Shown here: piece after piece, positions 38,343 through 47,957 of the stretch | Numbering within the stretch: the first letter of the stretch is position 1 | Layout of the letters: each line of letters starts with the position of its first letter | NCBI GenBank assembly: GCA_964597675.1 | Contig: CAZQYV010000004.1 | Coordinates: 5,590-69,589, forward strand | Direction of reading: 5' to 3' | From: an uncultured Candidatus Saccharibacteria bacterium | Lineage (GTDB): Bacteria > Patescibacteriota > Minisyncoccia > Phycocordibacterales > DATDWN01 | DNA length: 64,000 nucleotides | Notes under the pieces: generated by a model | The model's input: the letters and a program-made list of their open reading frames with translations, nothing else | Database searches by the model: none | What the model was told of the DNA's origin: nothing | Position numbers and translations under genes: made by a program

Positions 38343-38432
38343 TTAGAAATCATCATAATCACCTGGCATTGGTTGTGTCATCAGAACAACCATCAAGATG
38401 ACAAATAGAAGTAAACCTATTACAGGTTCCAT
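38343..38432 (-). CDS. Putative 29-aa hydrophobic peptide
   Basis: MEPVIGLLLFVILMVVLMTQPMPGDYDDF; GAGGA upstream; hairpin at 38311-38334 downstream. Confidence 0.4.
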   Translation of the reverse strand: MEPVIGLLLFVILMVVLMTQPMPGDYDDF

Positions 38433-38505
38433 ACATCTTCCTCTAATTCTATTGTAATAGAAAAACCGCCAGCTGTCGACGGTCTTTCCGTCGCCTATTG
38501 GCGGG

Positions 38506-38688
38506 TCATAGAAACAGGTACTTCGTGGCTACTGATATACTGATTGACAGTATGCACACACGAAACCACTTTGTCATAACATCCTCTGTTGTGGCTGATT
38601 TTTGAGTGGCTACCACGAAGCCAAATGTCAAGATAATTGCCAGCACCCAAAAGGACATTATCACCAGTCTGAATACCTCATTTGGCAT
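38506..38688 (-). CDS. 60-aa two-TM small membrane protein
   Basis: TTGACA-17-TATAAT promoter and SD AGGAG upstream of ATG 38688. Confidence 0.55.
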   Translation of the reverse strand: MPNEVFRLVIMSFWVLAIILTFGFVVATQKSATTEDVMTKWFRVCILSISISVATKYLFL

Positions 38689-38779
38689 TTTTACTCTCCT
38701 ATCACTATTATAGCAAATAATAGTATGAATGTCAAGTGCACAAATGAGCACAGAAACTGTATAATTTCATACACAAAAC

Positions 38780-39079
38780 ATGAATATCACACCAGCACGA
38801 GGTAATTTCATAGAAAAAATCGTCCGTGACCAACAGGGGCGACTTGTTCGTGCAACTTTTTGTGTGTATGAGTGTGGTGGGCGTGTAAAAGCTCGTCTGG
38901 TACAGGCCACAGTAATTGACGATATATCTACGTCTGAGACACCTGTTCTGTCAGCGTATATTCCACAGATTATTTTTGAAACAGCACTTTTTGAATCTCG
39001 TCTTGTTTCACCATATTTTTCTTCCAATACATTATATTTTTCTGGTTCAAAACCACGAGCTCCCACATATACGAAATAA
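38780..39079 (+). CDS. Hypothetical protein upstream of dnaK ending in PRAPT
   Basis: 99-aa ORF co-oriented with dnaK. Confidence 0.55.
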   Translation: MNITPARGNFIEKIVRDQQGRLVRATFCVYECGGRVKARLVQATVIDDISTSETPVLSAYIPQIIFETALFESRLVSPYFSSNTLYFSGSKPRAPTYTK

Positions 39080-39155
39080 CGAATAAAAACACGAATAACT
39101 ACGAATAAGAAGTTTTATTATTCGTATTAATTCGTAACCAATTCGTTACTTCGTA
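39071..39155. repeat. ACGAA(T) direct repeats x4 then inverted (A)TTCGT x4
   Basis: Seen directly; roughly 8-12 bp spacing; can form a hairpin over the upstream stop codon. Confidence 0.75.
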
Positions 39156-39192
39156 TTTTTTATTTAATAATACTTAACTACAAAACAAACAC

Positions 39193-41118
39193 ATGAGTAA
39201 AATTATAGGAATTGATCTTGGTACAACCAACTCGGCTGTTGCAGTTATGGAGGTTGGCCAACCAAAAATACTTGAAAACAGTGAAGGTGCACGTACAACA
39301 CCATCTATTATTGCAGTCTCTAAAACTGGCGAGCGACTTGTTGGTCTTTTGGCACGACGTCAGGCGGTAACAAATCCAAAAAATACCATCTTTGGTATCA
39401 AGCGATTTATTGGCCACACATTTGATGATGTCGCGGTTCAAAAAGATAAAGCAATTGTTCCATTTGAAGTTTTAAAATCTGCAACAAACGGTGTAAAAGT
39501 AAAAATGAATGACCCTTCAAATCCTTCAGGGCAGGCAAGAGAGTATACACCTGAGGAGATTTCAGCAATGGTTATTGGTAAATTGAAAGCTGATGCAGAA
39601 GCAAAGGTTGGTGAAAAAATAACTCAGGCAATTATTACTGTCCCTGCATATTTTAACGATTCACAACGACAGGCAACAAAGGACGCTGGTCAGATTGCTG
39701 GTCTTGAAGTATTGCGTATTATAAACGAGCCAACTGCAGCAGCGCTTGCATACGGATTTGATAAGGATCGAAAAGATGAAAAGATTGTGGTCTTTGACTT
39801 TGGAGGTGGTACATTCGATGTCTCTGTCTTGGAGGTTGATGTTGATGAGGTTGGTGGAGATATTAAGGTAAAGGCAACAGACGGTGACTCACATTTGGGA
39901 GGCAAGGATATTGATCAAAAAATCATCAATTATCTTGCTGATGAGTTTAAAAAAGAGACGGGTATCGATCTTCGTGGAGACACGTTGGCACTCCAGCGTC
40001 TTGATGAAGCGGCAGAAAAAGCAAAAATTGAACTCTCTAGTGCAATGGAGTCAGAAATAAATATTCCATTCATCACATCTGATTCATCAGGGCCACGACA
40101 CCTTTTGATCAAACTTTCACGAGCAAGACTTGAGGAATTGACCGAAGAGTTTATTGAACGAGCAATGGCAATCACAAAGCGCGCTATGGATGCATCGGGC
40201 TTTAGTACATCGCAAATCAATGAGGTGATTTTAGTTGGTGGGCAAACTCGCATGCCAAAAATGGCTGAAAAAGTGAAAGCATTTTTTGGCAAGGAGCCAA
40301 ACAAATCAATTAACCCAGATGAAGTTGTTGCTCTCGGTGCTGCAATTCAAGGTGGTATCCTAGCAGGGGATGTCAAAGATGTTCTATTGCTCGATGTTAT
40401 ACCGCTTTCTCTAGGTATTGAAACAATGGGAGGCGTTGCAACAAAGTTGATTGAACGAAACACCACAATCCCTGCTTCTCGATCACAGGTATTCTCGACC
40501 GCTGCAGATAACCAAACATCAGTAGAAATTCATATTGTGCAGGGTGAACGTGCAATGGCAGGGGATAACAAATCACTTGGGCGATTTATTCTCGACGGTA
40601 TTCCACCAGCACCACGAGGTATGCCACAAGTAGAGGTGACCTTTGATGTAGATGCAAACGGTATTTTGGCTGTCAAAGCAAAGGACAAAGCAACAAATAA
40701 AGAGCAATCTATTCGCATCGAGGCAAGATCAGGGCTATCAAAGGAAGATATCGAAAAGATGCAGAAAGATGCAGAGGCACATAGTGCAGAGGATCAAAAG
40801 AAAAAAGATTTGGTAGAGGTCAAAAACATTGCAGAGCAACTGATCTACACATCAGAGAAATCTCTTCGCGACGCTGGTGAGAAGGTTCCCGCAGATCTCC
40901 GAGTCTCTATTGAAAACATGATTACTGATTTGAAAAAATCAAAGGATGGGGATGATATGGAGCAGATAAAGAAACAGACATCTGATCTGTCTTCGGAACT
41001 TTCGAAGATTGGGGAGATATTAAATAAATCTGCACAGACAGAAACACCTCCACAGGGTGAAAACACTGATGGTCCGGTGCGTGAAGCTGAATTCGAGGAG
41101 AAAAAGGATTCTCAATAA
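39193..41118 (+). CDS. dnaK: Chaperone DnaK
   Basis: [49 protein letters not shown]. Confidence 0.98.
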   Translation: MSKIIGIDLGTTNSAVAVMEVGQPKILENSEGARTTPSIIAVSKTGERLVGLLARRQAVTNPKNTIFGIKRFIGHTFDDVAVQKDKAIVPFEVLKSATNGVKVKMNDPSNPSGQAREYTPEEISAMVIGKLKADAEAKVGEKITQAIITVPAYFNDSQRQATKDAGQIAGLEVLRIINEPTAAALAYGFDKDRKDEKIVVFDFGGGTFDVSVLEVDVDEVGGDIKVKATDGDSHLGGKDIDQKIINYLADEFKKETGIDLRGDTLALQRLDEAAEKAKIELSSAMESEINIPFITSDSSGPRHLLIKLSRARLEELTEEFIERAMAITKRAMDASGFSTSQINEVILVGGQTRMPKMAEKVKAFFGKEPNKSINPDEVVALGAAIQGGILAGDVKDVLLLDVIPLSLGIETMGGVATKLIERNTTIPASRSQVFSTAADNQTSVEIHIVQGERAMAGDNKSLGRFILDGIPPAPRGMPQVEVTFDVDANGILAVKAKDKATNKEQSIRIEARSGLSKEDIEKMQKDAEAHSAEDQKKKDLVEVKNIAEQLIYTSEKSLRDAGEKVPADLRVSIENMITDLKKSKDGDDMEQIKKQTSDLSSELSKIGEILNKSAQTETPPQGENTDGPVREAEFEEKKDSQ

Positions 41119-41283
41119 TATTTTCTTCCATCGTCCTCGAATTTTGTAAAATGCACCATACTTTTTTCTGCCTTACGCAGATTCCTTTCAGTCACCCCTG
41201 CGGGGCACGTGCCCACGGCTAGAAAAAAGTATGAGCATTTTTAACAAAATCCTGCGAATGATTCAGAAAATATTATTGAGAAT
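41108..41283 (+). repeat. Long palindromic element, type A copy 2
   Basis: Same loop motifs as 37486-37649 with different stem sequences. Confidence 0.8.
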
Positions 41284-41295
41284 TAAGTGACTGTG

Positions 41296-41324
41296 AAAGA
41301 CCTTAGCATCTGCTAAGGTCTTTC
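41296..41324. terminator. Hairpin or terminator after dnaK
   Basis: GAAAGACCTTAGCA-TC-TGCTAAGGTCTTTC. Confidence 0.55.
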
Positions 41325-41390
41325 AAACAACACTTGTAATATGCTATTTAGTCAAGTATACTAATCAAGTAAAAAAACTATAATATACCT

Positions 41391-42488
41391 ATGCAAAATA
41401 AAGACTATTATGAATCTCTTGGTGTAGATAAAAAAGCTTCAAAAGAGGATATAAAAAAGGCCTTTCGAACACTTGCTCATAAATACCACCCAGATAAAAA
41501 AGGTGGTGATGATGCTAAATTCAAAGAAATCAACGAGGCCTATTCGATCCTTTCTGATGATAAAAAGCGTGCAGAGTATGATTCGTATGGAAGAGTCTTT
41601 TCGGGTAACGGTGGGCCACAGGGAGGCGCAGGAGGCCAAGGGTTCGGCGGGTTTGATGGTTTTGATTTCTCACAATTCACACATGGCGCACAAGGTCAGG
41701 GATTCGAATTCGATCTCGGAGACATCTTTGGTGATGTTTTTGGTGGTGGACGCCGTGGACAGGCAAAAAGAGGACGTGATATCTCTATTGATGTCGAGCT
41801 TTCATTTGAGGAATCTGTTTTTGGTGTAGAGCGAACTATTGTCCTCAATAAAACATCTACTTGTGACCATTGCAAAGGTACTGGTGCAGAAAAAGGTAGC
41901 GAAATGTCAACATGTAGTACATGTAATGGCAAGGGTAGTATCCGTGAGGTTAAACAATCATTTTTTGGTCAGTTTGAATCTACTAGTACTTGTACTACCT
42001 GCCATGGATCGGGCAAGGTACCAAAATTAAAATGTAGTGTTTGCCACGGTCAAGGAATATACAAAAAAGAAAGTGAGATTAAAGTAAAAATACCCGCAGG
42101 GATTGATAATGGCGAAATGATCAGATTGACTGGCGCAGGAGAAGTAATAAGTGGTGGGCAAGCAGGGGATTTGTATATCCGTGTATACGTGAAAAAACAT
42201 GCATTGTTCCGAAGAGATGGACACAACCTCGTCATGGATCTCAACATAAAATTATCAGACGCCCTTTTGGGTGGGGAATACGCTATTCATTCACTCGATG
42301 GAGATATTACACTGAAAATTCCAGAGGGTGTGACGTTTGGTGAGGTGCTCCGAGTAAAAAATAAAGGTGTTGTCTATGAACATACAAAACGTGGGGATAT
42401 TTTGGTCAAAATACATATTAATATACCAAAAAAACTATCGAAGGATGTTAAGAAAATAGTGGAAAATCTCAAGAAAGAGGGAATATAG
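41391..42488 (+). CDS. dnaJ: Chaperone DnaJ
   Basis: HPD J-domain, G/F region, four CxxCxGxG repeats. Confidence 0.98.
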   Translation: MQNKDYYESLGVDKKASKEDIKKAFRTLAHKYHPDKKGGDDAKFKEINEAYSILSDDKKRAEYDSYGRVFSGNGGPQGGAGGQGFGGFDGFDFSQFTHGAQGQGFEFDLGDIFGDVFGGGRRGQAKRGRDISIDVELSFEESVFGVERTIVLNKTSTCDHCKGTGAEKGSEMSTCSTCNGKGSIREVKQSFFGQFESTSTCTTCHGSGKVPKLKCSVCHGQGIYKKESEIKVKIPAGIDNGEMIRLTGAGEVISGGQAGDLYIRVYVKKHALFRRDGHNLVMDLNIKLSDALLGGEYAIHSLDGDITLKIPEGVTFGEVLRVKNKGVVYEHTKRGDILVKIHINIPKKLSKDVKKIVENLKKEGI

Positions 42489-42532
42489 CCCTGTGGATTT
42501 GTTCTACATCCTAAAAATGCTATACTGTTTAT

Positions 42533-43018
42533 ATGACACAGTTCTTGCAACATAGCGTATCTCTATCAACAGATATTATTGCTATTTGTGTGCTCTTTAT
42601 ACTTCTATTTGCATATGGCATGTACTTTGGCAAAAGCTATCTGGTCTCTCTAGTGCTTACATTTTATCCAGCGCGATTTCTCTTTGAACATTTTCCTTTT
42701 GTAGACAAGCTAATTTTCCTAAAAGGGGATATGTTACTGACCCTAAATAAAGTAGGTATATTTATACTATTTCTCATTCCAGTTCACATACTGATCGGGC
42801 GATATGTCTTTTCAGAGTCCGGATATGGCGCAGAGAGGATGTTTCGTACAGCAGGGCTAGCAATAGCCGGTGTTATTTCTGTACTTGTGTTCAATTATGG
42901 TGTTATTAATCTCGATTTACTCTATAATTTCACTCCAGTTATTGATGTTTTGTTCTCCGGAGCAGATAAATTGTTCTATTGGAGTCTGGCTCCGCTCGTT
43001 ATCCTATTTGTCCTATAG
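42533..43018 (+). CDS. Multi-TM membrane protein
   Basis: Four to five hydrophobic helices. Confidence 0.65.
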   Translation: MTQFLQHSVSLSTDIIAICVLFILLFAYGMYFGKSYLVSLVLTFYPARFLFEHFPFVDKLIFLKGDMLLTLNKVGIFILFLIPVHILIGRYVFSESGYGAERMFRTAGLAIAGVISVLVFNYGVINLDLLYNFTPVIDVLFSGADKLFYWSLAPLVILFVL

Positions 43019-43287
43019 ATTGCTTGATTTTCGTTGATTTTAAGGTCTACTATATTTCGTAAATCTGTGGCTTTATATAGCCATATAATTCTCTTTCCAT
43101 ACCCTCATTTTCGTGTTATAACCATTGACAGGTGATAGGTAAGTATGATAGAATATACATGACTCAGTAGAACTGAGTTTTTCATTTGGAGACAGTTCAG
43201 TAGTTGAGAACATACTCCATATCTACCGTATTCCTTACAGAATTATAACTTAAAGGTAAGCATATTTTAAATTTTACAGCAGCAAGT

Positions 43288-43734
43288 TTGTTCATGGTTC
43301 TTTCTACAGCAGGAGGTTTCCAAAGCCCAGTTGTGGTGACTGAAGTACCGAAAATTGAGCAACAGAACGTTGTCAAAGAAATATCAAAAGATGATATTGA
43401 ACACATGATGGGTACTGAGCAATATGTACGTAAGTACTTTGCAGATGTTCCGATCATGATTCAGATCGCAAAGTGTGAATCTCATTTCCGACAGCTTGAT
43501 GAGGATGGCAGTATCCACCGTGGTGTTGTCAACAATAAAGACGTCGGTGTTATGCAGATTAACGAATTCTATCACCTAGATACGGCTGAAAAGAAAGACT
43601 ACAATATCTACACACTCGAAGGTAACACGGCCTACGCCCGAAATCTCTATGAAAGAGAGGGTACACGGCCATGGGCATCTTCAAAAGCATGTTGGGGAAA
43701 GTATGAAAGTAAATCCCTGGCAGTGAACAAATAA
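43288..43734 (+). CDS. Lysozyme-fold / lytic transglycosylase-like secreted protein
   Basis: 'IAKCESHFRQ...DVGVMQIN...GN..YA..LY...G.RPW..S..CW'; start codon uncertain. Confidence 0.7.
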   Translation: MFMVLSTAGGFQSPVVVTEVPKIEQQNVVKEISKDDIEHMMGTEQYVRKYFADVPIMIQIAKCESHFRQLDEDGSIHRGVVNNKDVGVMQINEFYHLDTAEKKDYNIYTLEGNTAYARNLYEREGTRPWASSKACWGKYESKSLAVNK

Positions 43735-43814
43735 ATAGCACAAACGACCACCCATACGGTGGTCGTTTTGCTTTTGTGATAGTCTGTGGTAGTCTAGCAC
43801 TTGGAGGTTACAAA

Positions 43815-44267
43815 ATGACACGAATCCATTTTGATATTGATGATGAGCTCTCTAAAAGAAGGCATGAATCCAGCCCGGAAATTGTGCTGGAGATGGCCAA
43901 CAAAATCCTAAAATTGTGCATACTGTCAAAATTGTCTGGTAAGGATAATCTTGCAGGGTATTTATCTCCAATAGGTAATGTCCTAATACTTTATAATCTT
44001 GAAGTAACTGGGATAACTCATGAGGATCTGGTTAACCTTCGGAAACACTATGAGCTGTCACCGCGGATAACCATATTTGTCAGAAAAAATGGCCGCCGTA
44101 TAAACAAGGATAATGGTGTAAATGGTGTTGTCATCCCATGTATCGTTCAACTAAGGTTTACACCAGGACGCGCTGATCAAAATGTTTTTGTCTATGAATT
44201 TACATGCCATGCTTCACAAAGGGGCATGTCAGTGGCTAGACTGACGAGATCACCAAAATCAAGATAG
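43815..44267 (+). CDS. Hypothetical SD-led ORFan
   Basis: SD GGAGGT; terminator at ~44286-44322. Confidence 0.5.
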   Translation: MTRIHFDIDDELSKRRHESSPEIVLEMANKILKLCILSKLSGKDNLAGYLSPIGNVLILYNLEVTGITHEDLVNLRKHYELSPRITIFVRKNGRRINKDNGVNGVVIPCIVQLRFTPGRADQNVFVYEFTCHASQRGMSVARLTRSPKSR

Positions 44268-44365
44268 ATTGAAATAGTTTTCAGAAACTCTCACCACCCA
44301 TTGGGGCAGGTGAGAGTTTTTTTGACAAAAGAAGTTTTCAATGTAGTATTACATGTGGAGGCAAA

Positions 44366-44617
44366 ATGGCAATTTCAGTGACATTTTTTCCCGATAGCGA
44401 TCATCAATATGCTGTCAAAATCACATCAGATTGCAGTCAGGTTCTTGTTAGTTTGAATGGCACGGAATCACAATTCCGCCCCACATCAAACACATACCAG
44501 TATTGCAATTACATTATAGATGATAATTTTGTCGTCCCAGTAGGGATGACCGAAAATGAGGCAATCATTGAGCGCCTCAAAAAACTGATATTGGAGACTA
44601 CACCAATATACAGATGA
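44366..44617 (+). CDS. Hypothetical SD-led ORFan
   Basis: TTGACA promoter at ~44322, SD GGAGG, hairpin after stop. Confidence 0.5.
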   Translation: MAISVTFFPDSDHQYAVKITSDCSQVLVSLNGTESQFRPTSNTYQYCNYIIDDNFVVPVGMTENEAIIERLKKLILETTPIYR

Positions 44618-45028
44618 GCGAATGGATGAAGGTCCGCCACACCCACACTGGCGGCCTTTTATTTGTCTCTCTATATAGAGGGGAGTAGGATATAACAATG
44701 TCGCACCACAGGAGTACTAGTACTACTCTAAGTACCTAGTAGGGCACTAAGAGTAGTATGTCGCACAATATATCTTTCGGTAGGCACACCTAGGAGTACA
44801 TCTAGGGTTCTATTGATTTAAATCAATTTGCAATATTACCTAAAAGTGTCCCTTAATCATTAATATTTCAAAAAAACGAGCTCGTAAAATGCCCGAGGTT
44901 GAGTCTTCCCTTGCTTCGACCTACCATACATCATTCAAATAGCATCTTAAAAAATAATTCCCGATAGGGGATTCTAGCAAACAAAATTTAAAATTAAAAT
45001 GCGCACTCTCCCCTATTTGCATTACATT

Positions 45029-46303
45029 TTAAATATTTGGAAGATAAGCAAGTGGATCAAGATATGCTTTAATGTCAGCCAGAGGAATAACTGCTTGTTT
45101 GCACCCACGACTGTTTACATACTGCTCGATTCGAACACCCTGAGTAGCATATAAGCCGAGGTGAAGATGCGGCCCTGTAGAATATCCAGTATTACCACTA
45201 AAACCAAGAAGGTCTCCTGTCTTCACATCTTGTCCTTGGCTGACACTTATCACAGAAAGGTGTCCATATATACTAGATAATCCATTTTTATGTTTTACCA
45301 TGACCCATTTTCCAAATGAGTAGCACCCCGGATATTGATCAGTATTACCTGTACCAGTAACTACACCATCTAGAACGCTCTTCACTTTTGTTCCTATACT
45401 GGCTCGAAAATCTACACCATTATGTGATCCTGATGTATACAGTTTTTCTGCACCGACGGTCTTACCAAATTTTTGAGTGACATAGGCATCATCAAGTGGC
45501 CACGACAAGATACCTGCTCTTGGTGCAGGATACCCTCCCTTATCAACGGTCAGATTTAATTGTGATTCAAAATCATACAGTTCTTTTTCAAATTGGGCTT
45601 TTTGCTGTTCACGAGTTTTAATAAGATCCCTATAGGCCTGCTCTTTATTTTTAGTTTGCACAAGCAGTGTGGATTTCTCCTGTTGACTATATTCAACCGC
45701 CAATTTTTTGCCACCTAGATCCTGTTTCAGGCCAACTAACTGATTTTTCTGAACAGAAAGTGAGTCCTGCTTTTCTTCCAAATCATCCTTTAATTCTCTT
45801 AACTCATTTGATTTGTCACGAATTTGTAATTGCACTCGACGAATATCATCGATATCAGACCATATTTCCTGTATATTTTTTCCACCAAGTATATATGCCA
45901 CAACATTTGTATCTTCAAGATACCGTGTATTTTGGATAAGGGTGGTAATCGCTTTCTTATTACGAGCAATTGTGCCTGTAGTGCTACCGATACCAATGTT
46001 AATTTGGTCTATTGTTAGTTCGGTTTTATTTATCTTACGCTCAGTCAATGTTAAATCAGTTGTAATTTTCTTTTTAGAAAGATCTAGTACCTTGATTGTA
46101 TTTTGAAGTGTTTTGGCCTGTGCATTCACAGTATTGACCTCTTTATTATACTGTTTGATTTCTTCCTCTAACTTTTTAATTTGGCTAGTACGATCCTCTA
46201 TTTTGTTAATTAAATCATCAGCAGTATCCGCTTGCACAAAACCCACCCCCCCAACCAAAAGGAGAAAAAAGAAAATTGAAATGTATTTCTTTTGTATTGT
46301 CAT
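45029..46303 (-). CDS. Coiled-coil M23 peptidase (EnvC-like architecture)
   Basis: Signal peptide, long coiled coil, HNGVDF, YGHLS, GNTGYSTGPHLH. Confidence 0.9.
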   Translation of the reverse strand: MTIQKKYISIFFFLLLVGGVGFVQADTADDLINKIEDRTSQIKKLEEEIKQYNKEVNTVNAQAKTLQNTIKVLDLSKKKITTDLTLTERKINKTELTIDQINIGIGSTTGTIARNKKAITTLIQNTRYLEDTNVVAYILGGKNIQEIWSDIDDIRRVQLQIRDKSNELRELKDDLEEKQDSLSVQKNQLVGLKQDLGGKKLAVEYSQQEKSTLLVQTKNKEQAYRDLIKTREQQKAQFEKELYDFESQLNLTVDKGGYPAPRAGILSWPLDDAYVTQKFGKTVGAEKLYTSGSHNGVDFRASIGTKVKSVLDGVVTGTGNTDQYPGCYSFGKWVMVKHKNGLSSIYGHLSVISVSQGQDVKTGDLLGFSGNTGYSTGPHLHLGLYATQGVRIEQYVNSRGCKQAVIPLADIKAYLDPLAYLPNI

Positions 46304-46312
46304 TATGATTCA

Positions 46313-46442
46313 CAATCTTAATCTTGTTGAATTATAATGATTTTAGAGACTTCGCAAGGCGGGTAGCCGAGACTTGAGGAATTTTTCAGCAGAAAAATAT
46401 CCGTGCTCTAAAATCATTATAATGAATAAAAGATTAAGATTG
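46313..46442 (+). repeat. Long palindromic element, type B copy 1
   Basis: Stem enclosing ACTTCGCAAGGC...GAGACTTGA..ATTTTTCAGCAGAAAAATAT.CGTG, as at 62119-62242. Confidence 0.8.
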
Positions 46443-46443
46443 A

Positions 46444-47931
46444 TTATTTTATTTTTTCTACCGCATCATTTATGCGCCCCACCGCCTCCTCCTTCCCGAG
46501 GACAAAAGCGAGGGTAAAGGGGTCAGGGCTTTTTTCTTTTCCTGATAGGGCGACACGAAGTGGCCAGAGGACGTTCCCTCTCCCCTCCTGTGTTGCATAG
46601 TCAAACACAATAGATTTTACTGTTTCAGAATTCATAAAATTATCTGCACTAGCATTATCAAATATATTTTTTACAAAGATAAGATGTTTTTTTACATCAG
46701 TAGATGGTGTATCTTTCCATGCAAGTAGTGTGGGCTCATATACTGGCTTTGAAAAGAAATATGACAATTCGCCATCTTTAATGAGTGCATCAATGTCACC
46801 CCATTTTGAAATGCGATCAAAAATAATTGGATATAATTTTGACATAAAGTCATCATTAGATGCCATTTCATTTTTGGCGATCTCGTCATTCATTAAAAGT
46901 CTTTTCTTGATCTCAACTTCCCTATCAATGTCCGACATTAATTTCATATGCTCCTTGTTCATCCAATCTAGTTTGTCATCATTCCATTGTGCGCCAGATT
47001 TATGCACCTTCTCAAAGTCAAAAACTTCTATAAGCTCTTCAACAGTGAAAATCTCTTTCTCACCCCCAGGATTAAAGCCGAGAAAAGTCAAAAAATTAAT
47101 CATCGTGTCAGGTAAGTATCCTTCTTTTTCATAATCCAAAATATCTTTTGCTCCATCACGCTTGCCGAGTTTTCGTTTTCCATCCTCGCCCATAATTGGT
47201 GGTGCAGTTACATATAGTGGTTCCGTTGCTCCAAGTGCCTCATATACAGCAATATAGTTTGGTGTCGATGAGATAAACTCTTGGCCTCTGACTACATGTG
47301 TCACTCCCATTTCTATATCATCAACTATGTGTGCAAAATTATATGTAGGATACCCATCACTTTTAATCAAAATGAAATCATCGAGGGCCTCTGGTCCAGC
47401 AGAAAGTTCACCACGAACAACATCCTGCCAGACAGTACGTTTCAATTCTCGTATCTTAAAGCGGAGTGGAATACCTTGTGTCCATGCTGGAGTATTTTCT
47501 GGGCGATGTTCACGATATAAAAAAGGTCTTTTTTCATCATCTGCTTTTTTTCTCAAAACATCTAGTTCCTCTTCAGATTTTGTATCTGCATATGCAAAAC
47601 CTTTTTCGATTAATTTTTCTGCATATTTCTGATATATATTCAGTTCCCTCATTCTCTCTGATTGTATGTACGGTGCAAAAGGACCTCCAATATCTGGTCC
47701 CTGATCCCACTCTAAACCAAGCCATTTAAGGGATTTCATAATATGTTCGAGTGAGCCCTCCACTTCGCGTTTTTGGTCTGTGTCCTCGATTCTTAAAATA
47801 AATTGACCCTTGTGTTTTCGCGCAAAGAGCCATGCATAAAGAGCAGTACGAACACCACCTACGTGCATAAAACCTGTAGGCGATGGTGCAAATCGTGTCA
47901 CTATATTAGTTTGGTTTGTATTTTCATCCAT
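46444..47931 (-). CDS. gltX: Glutamate--tRNA ligase
   Basis: TRFAPSPTGFMHVGG, LRIEDTD, PTYNFA.IVDD, KLGKRDG. Confidence 0.96.
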   Translation of the reverse strand: MDENTNQTNIVTRFAPSPTGFMHVGGVRTALYAWLFARKHKGQFILRIEDTDQKREVEGSLEHIMKSLKWLGLEWDQGPDIGGPFAPYIQSERMRELNIYQKYAEKLIEKGFAYADTKSEEELDVLRKKADDEKRPFLYREHRPENTPAWTQGIPLRFKIRELKRTVWQDVVRGELSAGPEALDDFILIKSDGYPTYNFAHIVDDIEMGVTHVVRGQEFISSTPNYIAVYEALGATEPLYVTAPPIMGEDGKRKLGKRDGAKDILDYEKEGYLPDTMINFLTFLGFNPGGEKEIFTVEELIEVFDFEKVHKSGAQWNDDKLDWMNKEHMKLMSDIDREVEIKKRLLMNDEIAKNEMASNDDFMSKLYPIIFDRISKWGDIDALIKDGELSYFFSKPVYEPTLLAWKDTPSTDVKKHLIFVKNIFDNASADNFMNSETVKSIVFDYATQEGRGNVLWPLRVALSGKEKSPDPFTLAFVLGKEEAVGRINDAVEKIK

Positions 47932-47957
47932 AATTTTTTATAACAACCTTTAGAAAA

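Noticed and set aside
39071-39155. CRISPR array
   Set aside because: Units are only ~6 bp with 2-6 bp gaps, half are inverted, and no cas genes are present
44698-44766. Mini-CRISPR from two ATGTCGCAC copies
   Set aside because: Only 9 bp shared and only two copies
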